Shown: one piece after another, positions 17,548-41,990 of the stretch | Numbering within the stretch: position 1 is the stretch's first letter | Layout: the number at the start of each line of letters is the position of its first letter | Assembly: GCF_009914755.1 (NCBI RefSeq) | Contig: NC_060942.1 | Source: the human T2T-CHM13v2.0 reference genome, Homo sapiens | Reading direction: 5' to 3' (one strand) | Length of the DNA stretch: 64,000 nucleotides | Made by a program: the position numbers and the translations under genes | Notes under the pieces: generated by a model | What the model saw: the letters and a program-made list of their open reading frames with translations, nothing else | Databases searched by the model: none | What the model was told of the DNA's origin: nothing

Positions 17548-17800
17548 TTTTTTTTTTTTTTGGATTGAGTCTTGTTCTGTCGCCCAGGCTGGAGTGCAGT
17601 GTTGCGATCTAGGATCACTGCAACCTTCACCTCCCGGGTTCAAGCGATTCTCCTGCCTTAGCCTCCCCAGGTAGCTGGACTACAGGTGCACGCTGCCATG
17701 CCTGGCTAATTTTTTTATTTTAGTAGAGACGGGGTTTCACCGTGTTGCCCAGGCTGCTCTCGAACTCCTGAGCTCAGAAAATCCACCTGCCTCGGCCTCC
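17548..17800 (-). mobile_element. 5'-truncated AluS with 17-bp TSD
   Basis: CCAAGTAACTATCTTTT at 17535-17551 and 17800-17816. Confidence 0.93.
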
Positions 17801-18129
17801 CAAGTAACTATCTTTTATTGTCTTTTCAGTTTCTGTTTCAGATAATGAAATAAGAATGTGTCATAATTTTTGTATAAGTGAACTTTCTGGCTCCTGCTTG
17901 CTTCCTTCTGCTGTCCTATTCCTTAGGCCAGAGATATATAGATAGAATACATAAGAAGATAGATAGGAAAATTCAGTATATGATATGGAAATGTGTAATG
18001 AGAATATCATGGTCAAAAAATGGAAAAATAACAGTGCAAGTATAGCTAATGCATACAAACAAATTCTTAAATTTATTGTGAAATATTTTGTACATATAAA
18101 ATGAATAACATAATATATGTGGCATAAAA

Positions 18130-18232
18130 ATTGGCATGCATCTGTAGTCCCAGCTACTCGAGGGACTGAAGTAGGAGGATCACTTGAGTCCAGGATTTCA
18201 AGGCCAGCTGGACAACATAGTGAGACCCCGTA

Positions 18233-18270
<38 letters not shown>
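18130..18270 (+). mobile_element. FLAM fragment with (CA)n tail
   Basis: Monomer 18130-18232; (CA)n 18233-18270. Confidence 0.85.
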
Positions 18271-18271
<1 letters not shown>

Positions 18272-18322
18272 AATTTAATATGATGACTGCAAGTGATTTT
18301 TATGTGTTAAAAACGATTTCAA

Positions 18323-18917
<595 letters not shown>

Positions 18918-19126
18918 TCAAGAAAATGCATTTTATATTTAAATATCACATGCTCATTTTAGAAAACAAAATTTTAAAAAAATCTGTGTAATTTCACACG
19001 CCAAGGATCAGAGAAAAGACTAGGAAAATGGAAACTCAGAGTGGAATTTGGAAGCCCCTATGTTGACATTATTGGATGAGAGAATGTATTGGTAATTGAG
19101 GCAGGCTGCTCAGTGCTCAGTGGTTT

Positions 19127-19149
19127 TATATATATATATATATATATAT
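19127..19149. repeat. (TA)n microsatellite
   Basis: Direct reading. Confidence 0.95.
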
Positions 19150-19939
19150 CTCACCTGGGCCTACCTTTTTGAGATCAGTTGTTACAGGTCATGCTCCTTA
19201 CCCCACTGTCCTTCTTATTGCTACAAGCTCTAAGCTCAAAGGAGAGTCGAGGAGGATGTGGGGTGGAGCCCGTGCAGGCCCACGGTCTTAATGCCAACCT
19301 TTTGGATGGCAGGTTCTTAACACCATGTTCAGGTGCAGTGGGCTACATGCCAGCCTCAGCACTATGGCTTCTCATGTAGAACAGCACATTTAATTTTTAC
19401 CCTTAGCTAAATGGAACCACTATTTCCCAAGAGCAAAGTAGGTTTGGCCTCTATGGTTGCATTCATATTTGCATATAAAATTGGCTCCCTCCCTGTCCAA
19501 ATACTTCATTTCCACATACCAGGTGATGGTTATTGATGATGGAAAAGACCTATTAGTAAATGATTATAAAGTACTTGGCTAATCAAAATGAGAGTGAAAT
19601 AGCCCTCTGATAAGGCAGGGCCATGGCAAGCATTGATAACCCGGACCTCACTGGCCCTGGAGTTCTTTGTGAGGTCTAGCCTTGGCAGGCCCCACATGAT
19701 CCGTATTGCCTCTGCGTCCCAGCACGCCATGTGGATTGGGTGTGTCCTGGGAGCTGAGCACTGTGCAGACTGTGCAGAACCTGGACAGTGCATGGTCCCT
19801 GCGTCCTAGCTTAAAACTGATCCCACTGTGATGGCATGACCTAGCCTTGGGGGGTCAGTTTTTACTAGCTTGTCACATAGGCTCAAGGCAGTTTGTACAC
19901 TGCAGGAACACATAATTTTAAGTGTTTGAAAACACCACT

Positions 19940-20248
19940 AGACCGATACTTGTACACCCATGTTCACAGCAGCGTTGTTCACAGCAGTGTTATTCACAGC
20001 GGCCAAAAGATGGAAACCACACAAATGTCTATCGGTAGATGAATGGAGAAACAAGACGTGGAATGTACATACAATGGAGTCTTAGCCTTAAAAAGGAATG
20101 AAATTCTTTAAAAAAAATTTTTTTTTATAATAGAGGCAGGGTCTCACTATGTTGCCCAGGCTGGTCTCAAACTCTTGGGCTCAAGCACTCCTCCTGCCTC
20201 AGCCTCCCAAAGTATTGGGATTTCAGGCATAAACCACTGTGCCTGGCC
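19940..20248. mobile_element. L1M 3' fragment (+, 19940-20105) followed by FLAM (-, 20110-20248)
   Basis: TGTTCACAGCAGC...GCCAAAAGATGGAAAC...GCCTTAAAAAGGAATGAAATTCT; antisense monomer. Confidence 0.8.
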
Positions 20249-20294
20249 TTCTCCTCTTGAATATCAATATATTTCCTTAAAAGAATGGGGCCTG

Positions 20295-20657
20295 AGGCGG
20301 GCATGGTGGCTCACGCCTGTAATCCCAGCACTTTGGGAGGCCGAGGCGGGTGGATCACCTGAGTTCAGGAGTTTGAGACCAGCCTGGCCAATATGGTGAA
20401 ACCCCATCTTTACTAAAAATACAAAAGTTAGCTGAGTGTGGTGATGGGCGCCTGTGTAAATATACACAGGTGGTGGGCGCCTGTGTAAAAATACAAAAAT
20501 TAGCTGAGCGTGGTGGTGGGCGCCTCTCAGCCTCCTGAGAGGCTGAGACAGGAGAATTGCTTGAACCCGGGAGGCGGAGGTTGTAGTGAACCCAGATTGC
20601 GCCACTGCACTCCAGCCTGGGCAACAGCGTGAGATTCTTAAAAAAAAAAAAAAAAAA
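20295..20657 (+). mobile_element. AluS with complex internal rearrangement
   Basis: 16-bp TSD AAAAGAATGGGGCCTG at 20279-20294 and 20658-20673; linker and right-arm start duplicated. Confidence 0.95.
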
Positions 20658-21206
20658 AAAAGAATGGGGCCTGCAGTTTCCTATGTATGTATGTATGCAT
20701 TGGAAAATTTGTGCCTGTAGTTGTTGTTCTTCCCTCACTATTCAGAAACTTCTGGAAATTCAATGTTTCCTAATAACTGGAGCTACAGTTATCACTTCAG
20801 TTGCCAAATGAGTTGGGTAGGAATCTGAACTCGCTGTTCTGCTCTCACCAGAAGCAACACCAAACATTTAGGTGCTGAGGGCTCCTGGCAGGGTGCTGTG
20901 GGAAGTGCAGGGAAGCCCCTGACACAGGACCCCAGGGATGTGCTGCTGCCATAGGGAGCGGGCAGGAAAGGAGAGGAATTGGACACAGCTGGTCTAACCT
21001 TCCAGCCTCCCCGCTGGCCCCACCTGCCTCCTCGAGTCTCTGACTGCTTAGGATTTCATGCTCGACCTTTGCTGAACTCTCTCTCTCCAAACCAGCCTCT
21101 TAGAATTTTGTCTGTTCCTTTGATAGGTGGAAATGGATTGCATTTTAAAATGTCTCCCTCCTCATTTATATAATGGCAAGTAAAAGAAAAAAATAGTTTC
21201 CCCCTC

Positions 21207-21385
21207 AGCCAAGTGCAGTGGTGCACCTGCAGTCCCAGTGACTCGGGAGGCAGGAGAATCACTTAAACTCAGGAGTTCTGGGCTGTAGCATGCTATGACT
21301 GTGCCTGTGAATAGCCACAGCACTCTAACCTGGACAATGCAGCAAGACTCTGTCTCTAAAAAAAATCCAAAAAACAAAAAATAAA
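21207..21385 (+). mobile_element. FAM (fossil Alu monomer, 7SL-derived)
   Basis: Diagnostic TTCTGGGCTGTAG...CTATGA...CCTGTGAATAGCCACAGCACTC; flanking repeat AAAT(A/G)GTTTCCCCT. Confidence 0.8.
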
Positions 21386-21499
21386 TGGTTTCCCCTGGAA
21401 CTTTCATTTCAGGTACCAGCAAGACTTGTTTAGCCAAAAACAAGAGAAGAAAAAGACATGAGTAGGTATGTCGTAGAAAAGAAAATATACGCGAATACG

Positions 21500-22614
<1,115 letters not shown>

Positions 22615-22869
22615 TCAATCACAATCTGACACTATGTTCCTGAGAGTCCCTTGTCCCTCTTCCCTGTCTCCCAAAAACAAACCAAAGAAGCCGAGTTAGC
22701 AGTCAGCAGAACAGCAGCTCCTTCCGCCTTGTGGTTTCTGCATCATAGGGGAGCCTCTTATCCCCACTAAAGCCTCCCTTGTCCACCTGAGGATATCTGC
22801 AAATGCCACTCTTCCAGATTCATTTCTTTTTGCTTCAGTTCCCCTGCCTTCTCTAAAAAAGCATACAGT

Positions 22870-23370
22870 GTTACTGCAGGGTGGTAGAGTATGATTCATT
22901 AGTCATGAATGTGTATTTTCAGAACAATCTCAATGATCTCTTCATGCCTCTACATAGAGATTTATTTTAATATAGAGATGGGGGTCTCGCCATGTTGTCC
23001 AGACTGGTCTTGAATCCCTGGGCTCAAGTGATCCTCTTACCTTCAGCCTCCCAAAGTGCTAGAATTATAGGCATGAGCCACTGCGCCTTTTAACAATGGC
23101 ATAGATTGAGCTGCCCCATTATTTATGTAACGACTCTTTTATTTATGAGCATTTAGATTGTTTCTAGTTTTTAATTTCACAAACAGATGCTACAGTAAAT
23201 AAAATTGCTGCAAGGAGTATTCTTTCTCACTTGGGTGAGCATGCCGGTAGAGTGAATTTCTAGAAGCAGAATTGCTGAGTCAAAAGAAATACATATTTAC
23301 ATTTTGGTGGCCACTGCCAAATTGCCTCCAAAATGGTTCTACCTATTGCCAGACCCACCACCAACACGCC
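22870..23370 (-). mobile_element. L1ME-like antisense fragment with FLAM (22970-23088)
   Basis: GCATTTAGATTGTTTCTAG...TTTCTAGAAGCAGAATTGCTGAGTCAAA...CTGCCAAATTGCC. Confidence 0.7.
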
Positions 23371-24042
23371 ATAGCAGCTATGTTAGGAAGCCGTGTTTTT
23401 ATGGTTTCTTTTGTTTTCCCTGAGCTGGCCTGGGAGTTGGAGTGGTTCTAGGACTGGGGACCAGGGAGACGCAGCACTCACCTCCTCACCCTTAACCTCT
23501 GCCCTCTGTGTCCTCGTTGCTGATGGGCAGCAACCAAGTTGTTCTTCCCCTTGGCACTGACAGGGCCACCGTGTCCTCTCTGCCTGTCGCTTTTCCCTTG
23601 CAGTCAGTGAATGGGTCGGCCTGGCCTGGCAGTGCCTGGGTTGCTAGGAAGTGGTGAGGGGGGTTTGCCTGAGGGGGATGTGCTTAGGATTGGTGAAAAC
23701 TCCATTTAGGATGAAAGCGGCAAACATCTATATAAATCCAAACTTGAAAGTACAACCCCATAAATAACGGGACTGGGGAAGTGCCAAAACATGTTACAAG
23801 ATCAACAAAAGCCTGTTGTCACTCATTCAGAAACCTGACATCTCTTCTTTTGGATTCAGAAATCCCAAGGTTTGGTTTCAAGGTGACTACAACTTTCCAC
23901 CTAAAGCTCACATTCATTTGTTCTGCCGTGTCTGCAGTATGCGGCAGAAAAGAAAAGAAAATCTTTACCTTTTGCTCTTCCTTTTATCAGTTTCATCAAG
24001 GTCCATCTAGCATGCTTAGCATGCAGTTAAGTCTATTTTTAG

Positions 24043-24830
<788 letters not shown>

Positions 24831-24849
24831 AATAGGTAATTTATTTATT

Positions 24850-25010
24850 TGACTTTTATTTTAGGTTCAGCGGATACATGTGCAGGTTTGTTACCTGGGT
24901 ATATTGTGTGATGCTGAGCTTTGGGGTATGAATGATCCCATCACCCAGGTACTTAGCACAGTACCCGACAGTTAGTTTTTCAACCCTGGCTCCCCTTCCT
25001 CTCTCCCACC
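24850..25010 (-). mobile_element. L1PA15/16- or L1PB-like 3' end fragment
   Basis: TACATGTGCAGGTTTGTTACCTGGGTATATTGTGTGATGCTGAG...GATCCCATCACCCAGGT. Confidence 0.85.
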
Positions 25011-25252
25011 AGGGGAATATTTTCACTAGACTTTGGGTCAAACTGCTATCCAGTGTCCTCACTTAACTGAGTTCATATGAACCTTCATGAGGTTCTGAGT
25101 CCTTTTGTCCTGGAGGACGTGAGCCACAAGTGGGCTCTTTTAGAATTCAATTACAAACCAGAGCCGGGGTATGAGAACCACTTTTCTAAGCCTAGAGGCC
25201 TGTGGTGAAGATGGTGTGAGGTTAGGGTCTTGTCAAAGAAAACTCAAATTGT

Positions 25253-25550
25253 GGCTGGGTGCAGTGGGTCACACCTGTAATCCCAGCACTTTGGGAGGCC
25301 GAGGCTGGTAGATCACCTGAGGTCGGGAGTTTGAGACCAGCCTGGCCAACATGGTGAAACCCCATCTCTGGTAAAAATACAAAAATTAGCTGGACATGGT
25401 GGCTCACGCCTGTAATCCTAGCTACTCGGGAGGCTGAGGCACGAGAATCACTTAAACCCGGGGGGGCGGAGGTTGCAGTGAGCCGAGATCGCGCCACTGC
25501 ACTCCATCCTGGGCAACACAGCAAGACTCTGCCTCAGAAAAAAAGAAGAA
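25253..25550 (+). mobile_element. AluS (MIR remnant follows to ~25700)
   Basis: Full dimer. Confidence 0.95.
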
Positions 25551-25807
25551 GACCCAAATTCTATCCCTAGCTGACTCAGACCTTTAGTTTCTTTAGCTAT
25601 AAAATGGTATCTAGAATTGTTCTGGTCGAGTATGATAAGGATTTGAATTAAGGAGATGGCATGCATGAGGACTTTGAGTGACATGGAAGAGCAGTGAGTA
25701 TTCTTTGGTATTAAATGTCACCTTTCATTTGTGAGTGTAAAAGCCAAATGTGATGAGGGAATAATCCCTTAGAGTAGCACCAATTTAGGATAGCATTAAG
25801 AATGTTA

Positions 25808-26115
<308 letters not shown>

Positions 26116-26221
26116 TCAGCTTGATGATCTGATTAGTTTTTGCATTAAGTATACAACTGTATATATCATGCTATTTTAGTTTAAAGGTTTTAGTTTATAA
26201 GATGTAAGTTACAAGCATATA

Positions 26222-26974
<753 letters not shown>

Positions 26975-27041
26975 TACTATAATACTGAATGATTACTATA
27001 CTTCTGGTACCAGAAAGGCTTAATGGCTGTTATTTAACTTA

Positions 27042-27398
<357 letters not shown>

Positions 27399-28238
27399 TT
27401 ATGCACATAACAGAGGTCAATAAATATAAGTACAATAACAATAATAATAAATTACATGTATTATTTTTTATATTTAGGGAGCTAAGCTAAGCACCTTTAC
27501 ATTATTTCATTTATTCCTCCTAATCCTGTGAGGTGGAGAAGATTCTCCCTGTGATCCATACAAGGAAAATAAGATAGACGGAGGTTAAATAATGAACGTA
27601 ACTAAAGCCAGTGAACTACTAAAAGGCTGGGGGCTGAGATTTGAAACATACAAATACACAGGATAATGCAAAAGCCATTATGCAGTTAAAGCAGCAGGAA
27701 GCTTTATTCTTCTTTGAAGTAAAAGAAGGATAATTTTGTTTCCATTTCCATCGGATTCTTAAATACATATGGCAAAAATACCATGCAGTTCAACATTTTA
27801 TGTTGGAGGGAGCTACTCTATGTCATAAAGCGACCTATTGTAAAGTAAATCATATTTTCCCATAGGAGCAATGTTGTAATAAAGGGCCTTGTTCTTGGCT
27901 GAGAATTTCACATCCAATAAATCAAACCGATGACCAACAATATGGTGGAAAAGCAGAACCAAACAATAAAATTACACTTCAAAATCCAAGGATTTCAGAA
28001 CTCAAAGGGACCTCAGAGACGACAGAGTAAGTAGCTTTAAAACTTTCTAAAGCAGAGAAACCTCTTCTTCAGCAAAATCTTATTAGTCCATAGATAAAAC
28101 AGTTGAAAAAGAGGCCACAGTATTTGTACAAGAAGGGAGATTTTATATATATTTATGTTTGTGATGCCTTGGGAACCTGTCAGAGAATACAATAAAATGG
28201 TGATGAGGAAGAATTGTGGGGATTGTGGCCAGGTGTGA

Positions 28239-28975
<737 letters not shown>

Positions 28976-28976
28976 A

Positions 28977-29200
28977 GATGAAATTAATTTGACTAATATA
29001 TTTTATTTAATCGAATGCATCCAGTATACTATCATTTTAACATGTAATCAATATAAAATTATTACTGAGATAGTTTACATTTTTTTCATACTAAATCATT
29101 GAAACCATTGGTGTGCATTATTCATAATAGCACATCTCAATTCGGGCCAGCCTCATTTCAAGTGCTCATGAGCACTGTGGCTGGTGGCTACAGAGCAGGT
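28977..29200. mobile_element. MER33, partial
   Basis: CACATCTCAATTCGG...TTTCAAGTGCTC...TGTGGCTGGTGGCTAC. Confidence 0.75.
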
Positions 29201-30715
29201 GTGCAACACGCTAGGTGTACTGCCTGAATTTCAGTGCACACTTAATGAATGCTAGCTGTCATAAATTTTCTCCCTTTGCTCATGCTGTTACACATCCTCC
29301 TCCTTCTCTGTTGAAGTCTTGCTCCTACCTCGAGATTTGGCCAACTGGCCACATCCCCAAAGCCTTCTCCACACATCGCATCAGAACAGATCCCCTCCTC
29401 CTTTTTCTGGTTCCTCAATGCCTATTTCTATGGTAGATATTTTGTCTACCTTCATAGAATTTAAGCTCCTAAAGAGTTATAACCCATTTTTGATTCTTTA
29501 TACCCTGGGTCCTAACTCAATGCCCGGCCCATGGGAGGGGTGGAGTATGTGTCATGTGAATGCATAGAGGGATAGGAGAATTGCTTGGGTGGCAGGGAGG
29601 GCAGTTGTGGGCTGCTGGTTTTCTTTTTGTTATTTAATTTTTACATACTGGTGGGCAGAGCCAGCTCCCTCTTTCCCTCTTCCAACTTCCTCTCAAGGTC
29701 ATTTCCCCAAGCTGGGCCTTGCCACAGAAAAGCCATGATAAGAAAAGCAAATGTCTTCGTTAAACAGTGGCCCCAAGGGAAATCACGAAATGTAAGCAGG
29801 GGCACCCAAAGGCACAAACAACACCTTTCACGCGCTCTCTTACTTAGATGTTCTAAACCTTTGTGAAGTGGAAAGAGAAACTGCCCAACCTCCATTTCTT
29901 ACAGAGATTTGAGCCCGGGAGGGAGAAGGCCCAGGAGATGAGGGTGCAGGAGAAAGGGGCACGTTCTCTGTGAGGTTCTCTCCGTGGAGCAGCCTGTCTG
30001 CTCCGGGTGGGGTGGGGGGTCACCGGCACAGGAGGGGCCATGTCACAGGGCAGCTGGGGGTTCCGGAGCAGGGCCGCTGTGTCCGTGGCTCACATTCTTT
30101 TATCACTGCTCTTTAGCCCAATTCTCAGTGTCTGTTTTCCTCCTGGTTTCTGCCCCTGAGAGTGAAGTTGGGGGCAGGGAGGGATACTGAGGCATTTTTA
30201 AACCCCGGGCTCATCTTTCACCTTTTGTCAAAGCTGTGCGTCAAGTTTGGGGGGCCCCAGCCCTAGTGCATCCCTGTCTCCTGTAACTTTAAGGAACTGC
30301 GGAGTTGCTGCGTTTGATGTGTCTTAACTTTTAACACAAAGCACACCAGGGCTGGTTAATGATCATGAACTGTCATGGCAGCCACTCTGCAAAGGTGACA
30401 TTGATGGATGGAGCCTGCAGCTTTGAGGGAGGCGGGTGGGTGCAGGGGCAGAAGGTTTATTTAAGCCAAGGCTGATAATAGAGGGGCCTTGTGAGTCACT
30501 GACCAGCAGGACTTTAATGGGATAAAGAGAAGGGGAGAGTCCCCTTTCTGCACTGCCCTCTGAAGGGGTAGTTCTCATTCTCCTCATCTTGTCTACCAAA
30601 TAAAAGCATTCCTTGAAGGTTCAGATCTATTTAAAATCTTCTGCTAAGAGGAGGAAAAAAAGCCCACCTCTGTAATCAACCTTGTCATCTTTCTTGGTTT
30701 GGCCTCATTTATTTA

Positions 30716-31180
<465 letters not shown>

Positions 31181-31380
31181 GGTAAAAATTTGATTTCCAT
31201 TTTGCTCTGAATTTGTTGATCATCACTCCCTCCAGTGCCACAACTTAGGAAGCATCTGTCTCTCTTTAGGTAAATATCAAGATGTCACTCTCATTTGTAA
31301 ACAACGCCCATGGTACTTTCAGACAAGCTGCTTTTCATCATGCACTAAGGGTTAGAAGCTAAAGCTTCTTTCTCGCCTTA

Positions 31381-31610
<230 letters not shown>

Positions 31611-32711
31611 AAAGCTCTCAGGAAAATGGCCTGAACACAGATCCCTCCTTTGGATGGAGATGCCAAATTTGGATCTCCAGGGGACCTCTAATTTCTGAGG
31701 GTGGAGGAAGAGAGGCACACTATTGGGGTCCCCGGATAATTTTGTGGACATGAAGGCTGATGTCCACTGGAGACGTCTAGTTGGCTCCTCGCTTACTAAA
31801 TTCAGCAGCTGATGGCCCCTACTCATTGCTGGACAGCATAAACATCAGGTTCTGGTAAATAAACTCAGGCTATCACGCAACTGCCCAACATGCACTTAAG
31901 CTGTGACTGACAGTTTGCTGGGGGCGGACTTAGAGTCTAGGGCCAAAGCTTTTGGGTGCAGAGCCTCCAAGGTTCCAAGATAAACAAATCTGTCGGTGAG
32001 AGTGACCAGAGTGTTAGGTCAGTCCAAGGGTCACTTATAGGTCATCCTGCTGGGAGCTTGGTCTCTGCTTTGTGTTTATGCTGGGGAGAAAAGCAGGAGG
32101 GGCCAGAGGGTTGGGTCTCCGCTGGGAAAACATCCCTGGCCTACTCATCAGAGCCTCTGGAAGTGGATTGGTATCCCCTCTGCTCCCAGGAATCCAGTAA
32201 AAGGTATGGGTGCAGGCTTGTATTTTTTACAGGAGTTGATGAACAAGTTATTTTGGAAATATAGATTGCAAGATGTGTGGGGCCAGCTCACCTGGGCTGC
32301 AGAATGAAGCAAGGGTCTTCCAAGGCCTAGAGTGAGGTAATAGATCACTGTGGGGAGCTGGCTGCAGTAAGCATTGGAAAAGACAATTGAAGAAATGGAA
32401 AACTTTCCCTGTCCCTCTCCCTCTTCTGGATGTTACAGATTTTCCTGGAAAATATTTTGCCAGGTTTACATTCCTTACCAGCTAGGGGCTTTTTTAGAGA
32501 GTGATCTTAATCTTGCTTTTTTCTTGTGCTTGGCTCTCTAAGATTGATAGAGAGGGGAAAGCAGGGGTATGTTTTATAGCTTCCTTAGTTGACTTTTAGC
32601 AAAGTGAAGATTGTCCTCCCCCGTGGACCCTTGGCTTAGCCATCTCCCAATTCTCTCTCATTTGAGGACAGTGTGGAGCAGAAAAAAGATGCAACATCAA
32701 AAGAAGAGCTG

Positions 32712-33054
<343 letters not shown>

Positions 33055-33264
33055 TTAATCTAAAACTCAGTTGCTTGCTATGGAAAATAGCCCAATTTAA
33101 TAAAAGGTCTAAAGGAGCTAATGTCTTCAGATAAGCCAGAAGCTGGAAGTACTCGCAAACAAGCCCTTGGGGATACTGGTAGGCCACATTAAAATAAACC
33201 CAATTTACAAAATATATAATACATTAAAGATGCATTTAAAGATATGTGTAAAGATGCATTAATG

Positions 33265-33556
<292 letters not shown>

Positions 33557-33599
33557 AGATGCATTAATGATATATGTAAAGATACATATAAAGATATGA

Positions 33600-39907
<6,308 letters not shown>

Positions 39908-39971
39908 TCAGATATATCAGGAATTGTAGTCAAATACCTTTAAATTATGAGCTTGTATATATTTTAGGTAG

Positions 39972-40384
<413 letters not shown>

Positions 40385-41321
40385 AACCTACACTTTTACT
40401 CTCACCGAAACTCCATGTGTGTCTGTCCCATTTGTTCTGTCATAAAACTTCTCATCCACTCCCTCAATCAGTGATTTATTCATTCAAACATGTTTGGTGT
40501 GCAAAGGATGAGTGAGGCTCAGTGCCATCTTGGTGTCGCACCATTAAGCCAGACCTTTCTATCCATGTTTGTGGCTCCCAGATATTGTAGAAGTGACACG
40601 CTGAAGTCTGATTTAGATTCTTTTGTGAAAACCACTTTTGGAGTGTCAGTTTTTGGGCTTTTGAAAAGCCTTCTTCAGAATTTGCAATCCAAAGAAGGTA
40701 CAAAAGGCTTTCTGGTTTCTCCCAAGATGTCGCTCATTAGATCAATGGACTTTTCAAATAACATGGAAAGTGAACAAGCCCTTTCTTTTCTTCTTTAGGG
40801 TTTTGTAGACCAAATACATTAGTTAATTTTAAAAATAAGAATAAAAGTGTAAAGAACGGATAGATGGAAATTTTGTTTTTCTCTCAATTCTCCTATCAGA
40901 CCCTGGGCAGAAATGGGTCTGCAACATTTGATCCCAAGAATTCTTAACCAGAAGTCCCTGGATAAGTCTGGGCACTGGCTGAAATGGCATGCCATATTTT
41001 GGGACATTCTTCTGGAGAGGGAATCCACAGCTTTCAAGGATTCCCTTGAAAGGGTCTGTAACCCAGAAAATATAAGAATACCTGTTTTAATGGCTGAAGG
41101 CTCCAGAGACGTAGAAAGAACTAGAAATATGTGGGAAGAGCCTATCCATGGCCTGATGAGGGAGCTGGCTTTCATCTTCACCCTTCCTACCGGTTCAAGG
41201 GCTGACTCAAACACCTCTTCCCTGTGAAGCTTTCTCTGATCAGCTCACCTCCTCTCAGCCAGAAGCCGTCTCTTCTCTGAGCTTCCAGAGTCTTTGCTTG
41301 CTCTTCTTTTAAGACACTTAC

Positions 41322-41507
<186 letters not shown>

Positions 41508-41723
41508 CTATTCGCTGCCCCTGTACCATTATGGATTTGTTCTAAGTGGATGATCTAGACATATTTGTTGGGCGAGTGATGGTCCTTACAAGTTTGGTGG
41601 CAGCCCTTCAGAATTGGCCTGGAGATAAGAATGGTTGGTTCTTTTGCTTTTCAACAAAAAATGTAAGGCATTGGGCATTGACTGGCATTTTACATGATGT
41701 GAAATGCCCAGTGGGGAAGGTAG

Positions 41724-41990
<267 letters not shown>

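Noticed and set aside
19468-19475. Octamer ATTTGCAT as an snRNA distal element
   Set aside because: No PSE or snRNA-like sequence is recognisable nearby; a single 8-mer is expected by chance in 64 kb
21207-21385. 7SL RNA gene or pseudogene (also 33622-33775)
   Set aside because: Lacks the 7SL S-domain; matches the FAM monomer instead
23969-24035. Minus-strand mini-frame MDLDETDKRKSK ending at AAG|GTAAAG, and p53-like TAGCATGCTTAGCATGCA
   Set aside because: No good acceptor and no recognisable homology; the CATG cores are 9 bp apart, not the 10 bp needed for a p53 element
40476-41227. Overlapping 100-130-aa ORFs in unique DNA
   Set aside because: No recognisable domain or exon structure; lengths are compatible with chance
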